Shown here: positions 1 to 9,283 of the stretch, piece after piece
Position numbering within the stretch: position 1 is the stretch's first letter
How the letters are laid out: the number at the start of each line of letters is the position of its first letter
DNA from: Nitrosopumilus maritimus SCM1
GTDB lineage: Archaea > Thermoproteota > Nitrososphaeria > Nitrososphaerales > Nitrosopumilaceae
NCBI RefSeq assembly: GCF_000018465.1
Contig: NC_010085.1
Coordinates: 510,001 to 542,000, forward strand
Length of the DNA stretch: 32,000 bases
Direction: 5' to 3'
The notes under the pieces: generated by a model
What the model saw: the letters and a program-made list of their open reading frames with translations, nothing else
What the model was told of the DNA's origin: nothing
Databases searched by the model: none
Position numbers and translations under genes: made by a program

Positions 1-71
1 AATTCTTATCATAATTTGTACCATAAGCTTAGCCTTAGCAAGTTTTTTTAATAGAAAATAACACAATACTT

Positions 72-596
72 TTGAAAATCATGCGAATTTCTCCAAAAAT
101 GAAAAAAGCTCTCAATGATCAAATTGCTTTAGAGGCTGCAGCTTCTAATAGCTACTTGGCAATGGCTTCATGGTGTGAAGTTACAGGATACCAAGGCGGT
201 GCTGATTTTTTTTATGCACAATCTGATGAGGAAAAAACTCACATGCTAAAAATAATCCATTACCTAAATGACATTGGAGCTACCGCAACAATTCCTGCAG
301 TAAAAGCACCAACAAGTTCTTACAAATCACTTGAAGGTGTAGTTAAAACTGCTCTAAAAAGTGAACAAACTGTTACAAAAGCAATTCACAAAATGGTTGA
401 ACTCTCTCACAAAGAAAAAGATCATTGCACATATGCATTTTTAGAATGGTTTGTCAACGAACAAGTACAAGAAGAAACAAAATTTGAAACTATATTGCAA
501 AAATTTGATCTTCTTGGCAGAGACAAATTAGGAATTAATGAAGTAGACAAATTCTTAGCTGCCCAAGCTGGCGATTCTGCTCCTCCTGCAGCTTAG
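72..596 (+). CDS. Ferritin-like iron storage protein
   Basis: 174 aa ORF with ferritin helices (DQIALEAAASNSYLAMASWCE, SYKSLEGVVKTALKSEQ, YAFLEWFVNEQVQEE). 72 is a TTG; the in-frame ATG at 81 is a plausible alternative start. Confidence 0.93.
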   Translation: MKIMRISPKMKKALNDQIALEAAASNSYLAMASWCEVTGYQGGADFFYAQSDEEKTHMLKIIHYLNDIGATATIPAVKAPTSSYKSLEGVVKTALKSEQTVTKAIHKMVELSHKEKDHCTYAFLEWFVNEQVQEETKFETILQKFDLLGRDKLGINEVDKFLAAQAGDSAPPAA

Positions 597-665
597 AACT
601 TTTTTTTAAAATAATTAACACGGTATTGTTTTCAATTTTGTTTTAATTTCAATTCGCTCTAAACT

Positions 666-776
666 CTAAGGTTTGTATTTTTCACATTTACAGCCTCGAA
701 CCATACATTTTCCATTTCCATCCATATGAATTGAATTATCATGATAACATCCAATTATATTATTACTGCACTTCAT
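666..776 (-). CDS. 36 aa Cys-rich micro-ORF (MKCSNNIIGCYHDNSIHMDGNGKCMVRGCKCEKYKP)
   Basis: Hand-translated ATG..TAG, with five Cys in 36 aa and no overlap with other genes. Confidence 0.45.
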   Translation of the reverse strand: MKCSNNIIGCYHDNSIHMDGNGKCMVRGCKCEKYKP

Positions 777-799
777 TTTGATTTTCCTCAAATTAGAAA

Positions 800-913
800 T
801 TATTTTGACTCGTTATGGTCTTTACCAATGTGAGTAGCAAGGTCAATTACACTACTTCCAAAGTCCTTTCCGCAAAACTTGCAATGAAACGTATACTCAT
901 TTGACAAGGACAA
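800..913 (-). CDS. ~37 aa single C2H2-type zinc-finger micro-ORF (LSLSNEYTFHCKFCGKDFGSSVIDLATHIGKDHNESK)
   Basis: Hand-translated; the C-x2-C-x12-H-x4-H spacing is a C2H2 finger pattern. The TTG start is uncertain. Confidence 0.45.
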   Translation of the reverse strand: MSLSNEYTFHCKFCGKDFGSSVIDLATHIGKDHNESK

Positions 914-958
914 TTCTTGAACATAATATTATTTAAAAAATTTCTAATCTTGATTGAT

Positions 959-1132
959 TTATCCGTAAATTAGACAATGTTCGCATTCACAAACATCTTG
1001 TTTTCCTGCTTTCTTCAAACAATTCTTGTGTTGCCCTGCTTGACACTGGACACAAATCTCATCTAGGTTCTCAACAGATGTATATTTTTTTGATTGATCA
1101 AATCCAAAACCTCCATCTTGTGGTCCTACCAT
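959..1132 (-). CDS. 57 aa Cys-rich micro-ORF (MVGPQDGGFGFDQSKKYTSVENLDEICVQCQAGQHKNCLKKAGKQDVCECEHCLIYG)
   Basis: Hand-translated ATG..TAA with CxxC, CxC and CxxC motifs, consistent with metal binding. Confidence 0.55.
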   Translation of the reverse strand: MVGPQDGGFGFDQSKKYTSVENLDEICVQCQAGQHKNCLKKAGKQDVCECEHCLIYG

Positions 1133-1163
1133 ATTTTTACATGTATGATGTAGTATTTCTAGT

Positions 1164-1466
1164 TCACTGATTTATTGCAGATTTTATTGTATCAAGTAAT
1201 TCATTTTTATGTTCTTCAATGATTCCTCTTATCTCAAATGAATCAACATATCCTCCAGCTGATGCACGTGTTGCTTTTAGTAAATAATGCAATGCACCCT
1301 CTTCAATTTTTCCAATATAGTATCCATACAAAAAATCTATTTCATTTTCACACTTCCAAATTTTTTTAATGTTTGGAAATGTTTGTTTTATCTCCGAATT
1401 AATTTCTAAAATTCTATTTTTTATGTATTGATCAAGTGATTTTCTAATTGTGGAATCTTGTAACAA
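1164..1466 (-). CDS. Hypothetical protein (100 aa)
   Basis: Intact ORF with ordinary protein-like composition and no overlapping better ORF. Confidence 0.6.
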   Translation of the reverse strand: MLQDSTIRKSLDQYIKNRILEINSEIKQTFPNIKKIWKCENEIDFLYGYYIGKIEEGALHYLLKATRASAGGYVDSFEIRGIIEEHKNELLDTIKSAINQ

Positions 1467-1492
1467 TTGTAATTTGTTTAGAATCCTTGTTT

Positions 1493-1636
1493 TTAGTCCT
1501 TTTTCTCATCATTGGCATCTTCTGGGTTATCCCACATGTGCATTGTTCCTCTGATCATAAATGAGCCTACGATAATGGCTACTAGCCCTCCTACGATAAA
1601 CACAAAAAATTTACCTACGTCTTTTATGCTTGCCAA
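1493..1636 (-). CDS. ~47 aa single-TM micro-ORF (LASIKDVGKFFVFIVGGLVAIIVGSFMIRGTMHMWDNPEDANDEKKD)
   Basis: Hand-translated, with one hydrophobic helix followed by a charged tail. TTG start uncertain. Confidence 0.4.
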   Translation of the reverse strand: MASIKDVGKFFVFIVGGLVAIIVGSFMIRGTMHMWDNPEDANDEKKD

Positions 1637-1721
1637 TGATGCTTTATTGTTGTCATTCTAATTATAATTGTCTAAGTGATTCAATTAGATTCAATAATGA
1701 GATTGAAATGAATTTTATCAT

Positions 1722-1820
1722 ATGTCTAGGATTAAACAAATCGCTATTTGGATTGGAATAATCGGTGGAGGAATAGGATTCTTCTTCTTTTCAATAGAAG
1801 CTGCAGAATTTATGCGATAA
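1722..1820 (+). CDS. 32 aa membrane micro-ORF (MSRIKQIAIWIGIIGGGIGFFFFSIEAAEFMR)
   Basis: Hand-translated ATG..TAA with a clean N-terminal basic plus hydrophobic helix. Confidence 0.35.
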   Translation: MSRIKQIAIWIGIIGGGIGFFFFSIEAAEFMR

Positions 1821-1860
1821 TTCTCAAAAATTAATTACATCCTAACAACTTGTAAAAATA

Positions 1861-2307
1861 TTGTTTGAAATTACTGAAGAAATCAAGAACTTTTTGAATC
1901 TACAAAAATTAGGTTATGTTGCCACAGTATCTTCCGATGGAATGCCAAACATTTCTCCTAAGGGAACCATAATTGGATGGTCAAAAAACCAATTAGCATT
2001 TGCAGACATTCGTTCTCCTGACACCATGAAAAATTTGCAGACTAATCCTAATGTCGAAATTAATGTAATTGATCCTTTGTTACGCAAGGGATTTTTATTC
2101 AAAGGTTCAGCCAAAATCCTTGAAGATTCCACTATTTATGATGAAATCTTGAACTATTATCGTAATAATGGCATAAAGAGTCCAATCAACTCAATTGTTC
2201 TAGTTGATGTGGCTGAAATTTCAGAAGTAACTTCCCCTCTATATGATATGGGTATTGGTGAAGAGGAAATTAAATCAAAATGGAAAAAGCATTTTGATAG
2301 TTTATGA
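1861..2307 (+). CDS. Pyridoxamine 5'-phosphate oxidase-like FMN-binding protein
   Basis: GYVATVSSDGMPNISPKGTIIGW...LAFADIRSPDTMKNLQTNPNVEINVID is typical of the family. TTG start. Confidence 0.85.
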   Translation: MFEITEEIKNFLNLQKLGYVATVSSDGMPNISPKGTIIGWSKNQLAFADIRSPDTMKNLQTNPNVEINVIDPLLRKGFLFKGSAKILEDSTIYDEILNYYRNNGIKSPINSIVLVDVAEISEVTSPLYDMGIGEEEIKSKWKKHFDSL

Positions 2308-3066
2308 TTTTTCTGATTTTAATTTGTCTAATTCTTTTTTAGTCTCTTCATGCTCTTCTCTTTCTTTTTCTAAAAGCAATTGAATTGCTTCTAATTCTTT
2401 ATGTGCATTGTTTAATTTTGATTTTAACGAGCCTACAACAGCACTTGCAGCCTCTATTACTCCAGCAGAACTTTTGTTATCTCCTTGTATGAATTCTCTT
2501 TCTTTTGGTGTAAGAATATTGGTATCTTGAAATTCATCTTTTTTGTTTAATTCTTCTTTTGCATTGTATAATCGTGAATTTGCCTCATCTAGTTCCTTTT
2601 CTGCTTCGACTTGCTGTTTTCTAATTTGAGATAGCATTGATTGCTCTGATGCAACACTTTCTTTAGTTTTCTCATATTCTTTTGTAATTTCTTCTAACTC
2701 TTGTTTTACCTTTGATAAGTTCTCTTCTGTTTTTGTAAACTCTTCAAATGATTCTGAATTTTTGATTTTCTCTGATTCTATAATTTTTTCTTTAGTTTCT
2801 TTGTATTCTCGTAAAACAATGTCTAACTCCATTTTTTTTTGATTAAGTTCCTTTTTAACTAACATCAAATTACTAACCGCTGTTTCATATTCTTCTTTGA
2901 CTGAATCAATTTTTTGTTGAATATCATTTAACTCATCTTGTTTTCTTCTAAACTCATTTTGTAGACTTTCAACTTCAGTTTCTAATTCTTTTTTTAGAAC
3001 AGATTCTTCATTATTTTCTGATACTGCGTCTTCCTTTTTCCCAAACAATCCCAATTCATTTCTCAC
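2302..3066 (-). CDS. Coiled-coil protein (254 aa)
   Basis: Long Glu/Lys-rich heptad-like sequence; ends overlap the convergent gene by 6 nt. Confidence 0.75.
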   Translation of the reverse strand: MRNELGLFGKKEDAVSENNEESVLKKELETEVESLQNEFRRKQDELNDIQQKIDSVKEEYETAVSNLMLVKKELNQKKMELDIVLREYKETKEKIIESEKIKNSESFEEFTKTEENLSKVKQELEEITKEYEKTKESVASEQSMLSQIRKQQVEAEKELDEANSRLYNAKEELNKKDEFQDTNILTPKEREFIQGDNKSSAGVIEAASAVVGSLKSKLNNAHKELEAIQLLLEKEREEHEETKKELDKLKSEKS

Positions 3067-3094
3067 CGTATTTCTCTAAGAGACCCATCTTTCT

Positions 3095-3295
3095 TTATGG
3101 TTGTTTTGTTCTGTGTCTGATGAATTTGAGATAGAATCCCAATCCTCCAATTAACAGACCTGCAACCCATGTTGCTATGCTCATGCTTTTAGGAACAATT
3201 GCTTCTTGTGGGCCTATGATGAGTAATAGTGCCCCTAAGATGATTAATGCAAATCCTCCACTCCTTTTTGATTTGTTGTGCTCAGAATGGGCCAT
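3095..3295 (-). CDS. Small two-TM membrane protein (66 aa)
   Basis: GGFALIILGALLLIIGP...WVAGLLIGGLGFYLKF; 3 nt from the lysS stop on the same strand. Confidence 0.65.
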   Translation of the reverse strand: MAHSEHNKSKRSGGFALIILGALLLIIGPQEAIVPKSMSIATWVAGLLIGGLGFYLKFIRHRTKQP

Positions 3296-3298
3296 TTT

Positions 3299-4888
3299 TT
3301 ACGTATACTCTGATATTGTTTTTGCTACTTGCTTTCTTCCAATATCTGAAATGAATGGACCTATCTTTGGACCTCTAGATGTCCCCAAAATAATCTGATA
3401 AAGTATTTTGAAGAAATCTTTTGGTTGCACATCATTTGATTTTGCAATTTGGTAAATTGTATTTTGAATATCTTCTGGTTCTTCGTCTGCTCCTAATGCT
3501 TCAGACAAAATCTTTAATGCTTTTTTTGAAGTTTCATCTAAATCGATTTGTGTTTTCTCTTGTTCATCAAATTCATCTGAATAATTACCTGCAAGATCTA
3601 TGAGTTTTTCAATTTCTGGTTCTGGATTTTTTATAACTCCATAATCTAGTAATTTTTTCATCACTCTTTCGTTTCTGTTTTCTTTGAATATCTTTGCTAA
3701 TTCAATTAACAATCTATAGTTTACATGTGTACTTGCTTGCTTTGGCGGATTTAACAAATTAACATACTCGTACAGTCCTTTTGATTTTGTGAGTTTTGCT
3801 GGATTGTCTACTTTGATTCTTCCAAAGAAGATATCTTCTAATTCATTATATTCACTCATCAATGATGGAATGTCTTCTAACCCTAATTCTCTTGCACCTG
3901 TGATTCTTTTGTATAGTAACAATAGAATTGATTTTGGACTGCCAAACTCCATCCATCTTTGAGCAGTCAACACATTTCCTAGAGATTTTGAAATCTTTTT
4001 TCCACCTTTATCTAGAAACATTTCATATTTTACGTGATGAGGATGTGGGAACTGTAAAATTTCATCTGCTACCCAATCATTTACTTTGACTGAGTCCATG
4101 ATATCTTTCCCATATGCTTCAAATCTAATATCAAATGCAGACCATCTTGCAGCAAACTCTACTTTCCAGGCTAGTTTCCCTAAATCTTTTGTAATGTCTG
4201 CTTCTCCTTCATAACCACATCCTTTGACCATTTTCCCACCGATTTCTGCATCATGGCATCTGTACTTTACCTTCTTTTCATCAGCAATGTACTCTATTGC
4301 TTCTGCTGTGTAGAGACGATTACAATTAGCACATACTGGGAAATATGGCAAATATTTTTGATATTTCTCTTGTCCTACTAGTTCTGCAATTTTATCTCCA
4401 ATCTTTGTACTGTTTTGGAGGATTGTGTGGATTTGGTCTTTGAGTAATCCTTGTTTGTAAGTGTCTTTGGCTCGTCTGAATTCATATTTTATTCCAACTT
4501 CGTCTAGTCCTTCTAAGAGTATACTGCTCATATGCATTCCATACGAATCATGTTCTCCATATGGATCTGGAATGAGTGAAACTGGTTTTGCAATATGTTC
4601 TTCTAATCCAAAATCTTTCATTCCTTCAGGAATTTTTCTTAATCCATCAAGATCATCTGAATATGCAATTAATTCTGATTTGTATCCTAAATTCTCTAAC
4701 GCAAGTTTAACACCATATGCTCTTACTGCATCACCTAAACTTCCAATGTGTGGAATTCCGGATGCACCAAGACCGCTTTCGACTCTTAAAACATCTGTAT
4801 TTCTACCAAGTGCTTTTTCTCTTTCTAGTAATTCATATGCTAACTTGTCAATCCAAGTCCCTTTACCAATAATTTCTTGTTCAGACAT
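3299..4888 (-). CDS. lysS: Class I lysyl-tRNA synthetase
   Basis: HIGSLGDAVRAYGVKLALE plus KISKSLGNVLTAQRWMEFGSPKSILLLLYKR signatures. Confidence 0.95.
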   Translation of the reverse strand: MSEQEIIGKGTWIDKLAYELLEREKALGRNTDVLRVESGLGASGIPHIGSLGDAVRAYGVKLALENLGYKSELIAYSDDLDGLRKIPEGMKDFGLEEHIAKPVSLIPDPYGEHDSYGMHMSSILLEGLDEVGIKYEFRRAKDTYKQGLLKDQIHTILQNSTKIGDKIAELVGQEKYQKYLPYFPVCANCNRLYTAEAIEYIADEKKVKYRCHDAEIGGKMVKGCGYEGEADITKDLGKLAWKVEFAARWSAFDIRFEAYGKDIMDSVKVNDWVADEILQFPHPHHVKYEMFLDKGGKKISKSLGNVLTAQRWMEFGSPKSILLLLYKRITGARELGLEDIPSLMSEYNELEDIFFGRIKVDNPAKLTKSKGLYEYVNLLNPPKQASTHVNYRLLIELAKIFKENRNERVMKKLLDYGVIKNPEPEIEKLIDLAGNYSDEFDEQEKTQIDLDETSKKALKILSEALGADEEPEDIQNTIYQIAKSNDVQPKDFFKILYQIILGTSRGPKIGPFISDIGRKQVAKTISEYT

Positions 4889-4891
4889 TTA

Positions 4892-6475
4892 CTAACTCAA
4901 CTCTTTTGCCATGTATGGCCCATATAACGAATACCCTAATTTTTGGTAATACTCTCTTGTTCCAACTGCACTAATTACCAACATCTTCTTTGCATCAAAC
5001 TCTTCTTTTGATATTTTCTCAGCTTCTTTCATCAATTTTTTACCAAATCCTGAATGCTGAATTTCATTTTCTTCTTTTTCTCCAATCTTTAGAGACTTTC
5101 CATAAACATGTAATTCTCTTACAATACATGTGTCTTTGACTTCATCTCTATGTGCATCATCACTTGGTTTTCTTAATCTCAAAAATCCATAAATTGATTC
5201 ATCTTCATCCTCAAATGACAAGAACACTTCTTTTCCTCCTGATGAATCATAATTGATTCGTGTTAGTTTGATGTCTCTTTCCTCTGGGTTGGATTTGGTT
5301 AATCCTGCCTCTCGGCATCTGATACATTTGCATTTTAGTCCTTGTTTTGTCAAATTTTGATGCACAATCTGTCTTAGATTGCCTGATTTTGGACCTGCGA
5401 TAATCTCATTTGGAGATATTTCTCTTTGAACACGCATGATTCTGACCCATTTTGGGATGTCTTTCTTTACTTCTGTTAGAACCTGAATCATATCTTCATC
5501 TGAATATGGAGTGTATTTTCCGTCCTTGTATTCTTGATACATTGGGGTGTTTTCGATAACTAATGATGGATATATTTTGAGCATATCTGGACGTAACTGT
5601 GAATCTGAAAACAATTTTTTAAAATCTGCAATGTCTCCTTCTGGCGTCATTGTAGGAAGTCCTGGCATCATATGTGCAACTAGTTTGTAACCTGCATCTT
5701 TTGAAATTTGAAATGATTCGACTACGTCATTGTAATTGTGACCTCTGTTGATAATATTGTAGACTCTTTCTTGCAGTGACTGTACCCCAATCTCTATTCT
5801 TGTCACTCCATAATCTAACATCCAATCAACATGTTCTTTTTTACAAAAATCTGGCTTTGTTTCAATTGTAAATCCTACATTTCTTATTGATGCATGTTCA
5901 TTGTTTGATTTTGCTTCTTCCAAATTTTTAGAGTCTGTACCATTTAGCGCATCATAACATGATTTGATAAAATTTTCTTGGTAATCTCTGGGCATAAAGA
6001 GAAATGTCCCTCCGACAATTACTATCTCCATTTTTGATGGGTCATGTCCAAATGCAATCAGCTTATCAATTTTAGTTGTGATTTGTAATTTTGGATCATA
6101 CTCGTTTTCAATTGCATTTAGAGTTGATGGTTCATTTCCTGTGTAACTGTTTGGTGAATTAAATTCAATTCCTCCTGGGCAATATGTACATCTTCCATGT
6201 GGACATGCATATGGTTTTGGCATTAATGCAACTACTGCAACTCCTGATGCAGTTTTTGCAGGTTTCTTTAACAAGACTTTTCTGAGTTTATCAAATTCTG
6301 ATTCTTTTGCCATTGAAAGTATTTCGTGATTTCTTGGAATTCTTTCAAGTGAGTATTTGGCACAAATTCTCTTTATCTCTTCTTTTACTTGCTTTTTGCT
6401 TGGTTCATTGATTGTAAGCAAATTCTGAGTAATTTCACTACATGCCTTTGAGAATACTGAATCTAACTTACTCAT
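4892..6475 (-). CDS. elp3: Elp3-like tRNA uridine acetyltransferase (radical SAM + GNAT)
   Basis: PYACPHGRCTYCPGG, GGTFLFMPRDYQENFIK, and a C-terminal HSGFGKKLMKEAEKI...GYSLYGPYM GNAT domain. Confidence 0.95.
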   Translation of the reverse strand: MSKLDSVFSKACSEITQNLLTINEPSKKQVKEEIKRICAKYSLERIPRNHEILSMAKESEFDKLRKVLLKKPAKTASGVAVVALMPKPYACPHGRCTYCPGGIEFNSPNSYTGNEPSTLNAIENEYDPKLQITTKIDKLIAFGHDPSKMEIVIVGGTFLFMPRDYQENFIKSCYDALNGTDSKNLEEAKSNNEHASIRNVGFTIETKPDFCKKEHVDWMLDYGVTRIEIGVQSLQERVYNIINRGHNYNDVVESFQISKDAGYKLVAHMMPGLPTMTPEGDIADFKKLFSDSQLRPDMLKIYPSLVIENTPMYQEYKDGKYTPYSDEDMIQVLTEVKKDIPKWVRIMRVQREISPNEIIAGPKSGNLRQIVHQNLTKQGLKCKCIRCREAGLTKSNPEERDIKLTRINYDSSGGKEVFLSFEDEDESIYGFLRLRKPSDDAHRDEVKDTCIVRELHVYGKSLKIGEKEENEIQHSGFGKKLMKEAEKISKEEFDAKKMLVISAVGTREYYQKLGYSLYGPYMAKELS

Positions 6476-6531
6476 GGATACTCACACTGATTTGGACATA
6501 AATTCGTTAAATAATTTGGCTAATTTTGAGC

Positions 6532-6855
6532 CTATCGTCGCCTAGTTTTCTTTTTTGATTTTGATGCTTTTCTAACTACTTTTCTCTTTGTAGTCTTTCT
6601 AGCTGGTTTTCTCTTTACAGTCTTTTTCTTTGCAGCAGTCTTTCTCTTTGTAGTCTTTCTAACTGGTTTTCTCTTTACAGTCTTTTTCTTTGCAGCAGTC
6701 TTTCTCTTTGTAGTCTTTCTAGCTGGTTTTTTGGAAATACTTACTTTAAGATTCTTTAATTCATTTAATTCATCTTGAATTTTCTTGATCTCTGCAACCA
6801 TCCTTTCTTTGAATGATTGGCTATCTGCATCAGCTGACATGTTACTAATTTTCAC
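6532..6855 (-). CDS. Lys/Arg-rich repeat-tailed basic protein, possibly nucleic-acid binding
   Basis: N-terminal ~50 aa acidic/helical region followed by a KRKPxRKTTKRKTAAKKKTV repeat tail (107 aa). Confidence 0.7.
   Translation of the reverse strand: MKISNMSADADSQSFKERMVAEIKKIQDELNELKNLKVSISKKPARKTTKRKTAAKKKTVKRKPVRKTTKRKTAAKKKTVKRKPARKTTKRKVVRKASKSKKKTRRR
6581..6730. repeat. 60-bp in-frame tandem repeat inside the Lys/Arg-rich protein gene
   Basis: 6601-6660 and 6661-6720 are identical except for one base (g/a at the second position); 6581-6600 matches the last 20 bp of the unit and 6721-6730 its first 10 bp. Confidence 0.95.
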
Positions 6856-6886
6856 GAATTTTTGTAGAATTTAAGACTTGCTCGGT

Positions 6887-8137
6887 TTACTCTGGCTTTT
6901 GTTCTATGCTTTGTTCTGGTTCACCACTTCCACTTCTTTGCTCTTTTCTGTATTCCATCTTTAACCAAATTGGTGTAATTATTGTAGTGACTGCAACCAT
7001 GATTACAATTGTAGAGTATACTTCTGATGTTAATACTCCTGCAGTAACTCCTACTCCTGCAACAATTAATCCTACTTCTCCTCTTGAAATCATTCCAATA
7101 CCCACTCTCATTCCCTGAGCTTTGTTTTTCAAGAAGAACATTGCTGGCAATCCACAACCTAACAACTTTGTAACAATTGCAACTGCAATGATTACTCCAC
7201 TGATCATCAAAATATTCAAATCAACTGCCCGTAGGTCTACCTGCGCTCCAATAATTGCAAAGAATAACGGTGCAAAAATCAATCCAATCTTTCCGATATA
7301 ATTCTCAACCTTTTCAAACACTTTGGTAGTCGACAATGCCATTCCTACTGCAAACGCACCAACAATCGGTGACAATCCAATTGAGCCTGCAAGCGCTGCA
7401 GCACCAAAGAACGACGCTGTGGCTATTCCTTCAACACTACCCTTTGCCTTCCATAAACGTGGAGTGATGACTTTGGGAATTACTATTACTGCTACAATTA
7501 ACATAATTGCAAAGAATCCTAGTACTTGCAAAATTGTTATCATCACATCTGTGATTACTATGCTTTCAATTCCTGCATCTGAACCTGTTATTGAAATTAC
7601 AACTGACAAAACTGCAATCGCTAATATGTCATCAACTACTGCAGCACCAATAATCAATCTAGCTTCAGGTGCCTTTAGCTTACCAAATTCACTAAGTACT
7701 TGAATCGAAATTGCAATACTGGTAGCTGTGAGCGCTGTTGCAATTAACATCGATTCTAACGCTTCGAATCCAAAAAATCCAAAAATTAGAAAACCTGCAA
7801 AGAACGGGACTACCACCCCTAATGTCCCAACGGTAAACGACGCCTTTCCACCTTTCAGGAATTCTTTTGGTGTCATTTCTAATCCTGCCATAAACAAAAT
7901 TACAATTGCGCCCATTTCTCCTAGAATTTTTATCTCATCATTGATGTGCAACAACTGTTTTCCATCTATGATGAAAAACTGACCTAACGCAAATGGTCCA
8001 ACAATCATTCCTGCTAATAATTCGCCTAATACAATTGGAAGCTTTAATCTCAAGAAAAGCTCTGCCATTAATTTAGCTGCAAAAAGGAGTATGCCAATCC
8101 CGATAATTGTTTCAATGAAATGTGCATCTGCAGCCAT
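6887..8137 (-). CDS. CPA2/Kef-type cation:proton antiporter
   Basis: KLPIVLGELLAGMIVGPFALG, ATALTATSIAISIQVL, GIGMISRGEVGLIVAGVG. Confidence 0.92.
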   Translation of the reverse strand: MAADAHFIETIIGIGILLFAAKLMAELFLRLKLPIVLGELLAGMIVGPFALGQFFIIDGKQLLHINDEIKILGEMGAIVILFMAGLEMTPKEFLKGGKASFTVGTLGVVVPFFAGFLIFGFFGFEALESMLIATALTATSIAISIQVLSEFGKLKAPEARLIIGAAVVDDILAIAVLSVVISITGSDAGIESIVITDVMITILQVLGFFAIMLIVAVIVIPKVITPRLWKAKGSVEGIATASFFGAAALAGSIGLSPIVGAFAVGMALSTTKVFEKVENYIGKIGLIFAPLFFAIIGAQVDLRAVDLNILMISGVIIAVAIVTKLLGCGLPAMFFLKNKAQGMRVGIGMISRGEVGLIVAGVGVTAGVLTSEVYSTIVIMVAVTTIITPIWLKMEYRKEQRSGSGEPEQSIEQKPE

Positions 8138-8211
8138 CTTTCTCTTATTGTTCTGGAGAAATCTGTAATATAAGGCGATACTAGGTTGAAAATTATTTTA
8201 CTATTGTTAAA

Positions 8212-9234
8212 TTATGCAATTTTTTGTGAATTTACAAAAACACCTTTCTTAGAAACAATTTGGCCTATCTCCTGACTTGAGATCTTGTATTTTTTGAATA
8301 TTGATTTGATTTTTGTTGCCTGATCTTTTGGTGCCACCACACAAAATCCTACCCCCATGTTGAATGTCTTGTACATTTCTTCAGACTTTACTCCTTGTTC
8401 TGCAATGAGACCCATGATTGGTGGGATTTTTGGCAAGGAATCTATTTCGTAGCCTATTTTCTTTAGTCGTAACAGTTTGGTAAATGAGCCTCCAGTTATA
8501 TGTGCAAGACCGTTAATCTTGCATTTTTCAACCATCTCTAAAACTGGTTTTGTATAGATTTCAGTTGGTTTTAGTAATGCATCCCCAATGGTTCCTACTC
8601 CTTTTACTTTGTCTTTAACTGAATATTTTTTCAATAATGCTTTTCTTGCAAGTGAATACCCGTTTGAATGAATTCCTGTACTGTTTGCACCAATTATTAC
8701 GTCTCCTGCTCTTATTTTGTTTCCAAGCACCATCTGTTTTTTCTCTACTAATCCTACAACCATCCCTGCTAGATCAAATGCAAAACCTTTCCCTTCTATG
8801 ACATCTGGCATGATTGCAGTCTCTCCTCCTACAATTGGCATTGCAGATTTTTTTGCACCTTTCACCAACCCTTCTACAATTTTTTTGAAAATTGGCACAT
8901 CATTTTTGTTTGCAGCAATGTAATCTACAAATGATATTGGTGTTGCACCAATACAGATTATATCATTAACATTCATTGCAACACAATCAATTCCTATTGT
9001 GTTGTATTTTTTCATCATGTTTGCAATAACTACTTTGGTTCCAACCCCATCAGTATGTGTAGCTAAAAGTTTTCCTCCTGGAATTTCTACAATTCCTGCA
9101 TAATGACCAAACCCATGTGCTATCTTTGCTTTTTTTTGTAGTTTATGAGTTGATGAAATTAATTTGCCAATTGCCATCTGGCTTTGTTTAATTTTGGAAA
9201 TGTCTACTCCTGCTTTTTTGTAGGTTAGAGCCAT
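8212..9234 (-). CDS. purM: Phosphoribosylformylglycinamidine cyclo-ligase
   Basis: YKKAGVDISK, GTKVVIA, DCVAMNVNDIICIGATPISFVDYIA, AHITGGSF. Confidence 0.95.
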   Translation of the reverse strand: MALTYKKAGVDISKIKQSQMAIGKLISSTHKLQKKAKIAHGFGHYAGIVEIPGGKLLATHTDGVGTKVVIANMMKKYNTIGIDCVAMNVNDIICIGATPISFVDYIAANKNDVPIFKKIVEGLVKGAKKSAMPIVGGETAIMPDVIEGKGFAFDLAGMVVGLVEKKQMVLGNKIRAGDVIIGANSTGIHSNGYSLARKALLKKYSVKDKVKGVGTIGDALLKPTEIYTKPVLEMVEKCKINGLAHITGGSFTKLLRLKKIGYEIDSLPKIPPIMGLIAEQGVKSEEMYKTFNMGVGFCVVAPKDQATKIKSIFKKYKISSQEIGQIVSKKGVFVNSQKIA

Positions 9235-9283
9235 AGTTTGTTGCCCTCTTGTTGTGAATAAAAGAATTTGCCCGTTATCTCGA

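Noticed and set aside
3177-4895. Plus-strand ORFs opposite lysS and its neighbour (3177-3398, 3421-3603, 4461-4895)
   Set aside because: Antisense shadows of well-supported genes; low-complexity or Ser-rich translations with no recognisable domains.
6906-8923. ORFs 6906-7118, 6921-7157, 7323-7703, 7728-7982 and 8717-8923
   Set aside because: Overlap the antiporter and purM genes, which have clear family motifs; compositions look like reverse or shifted readings.
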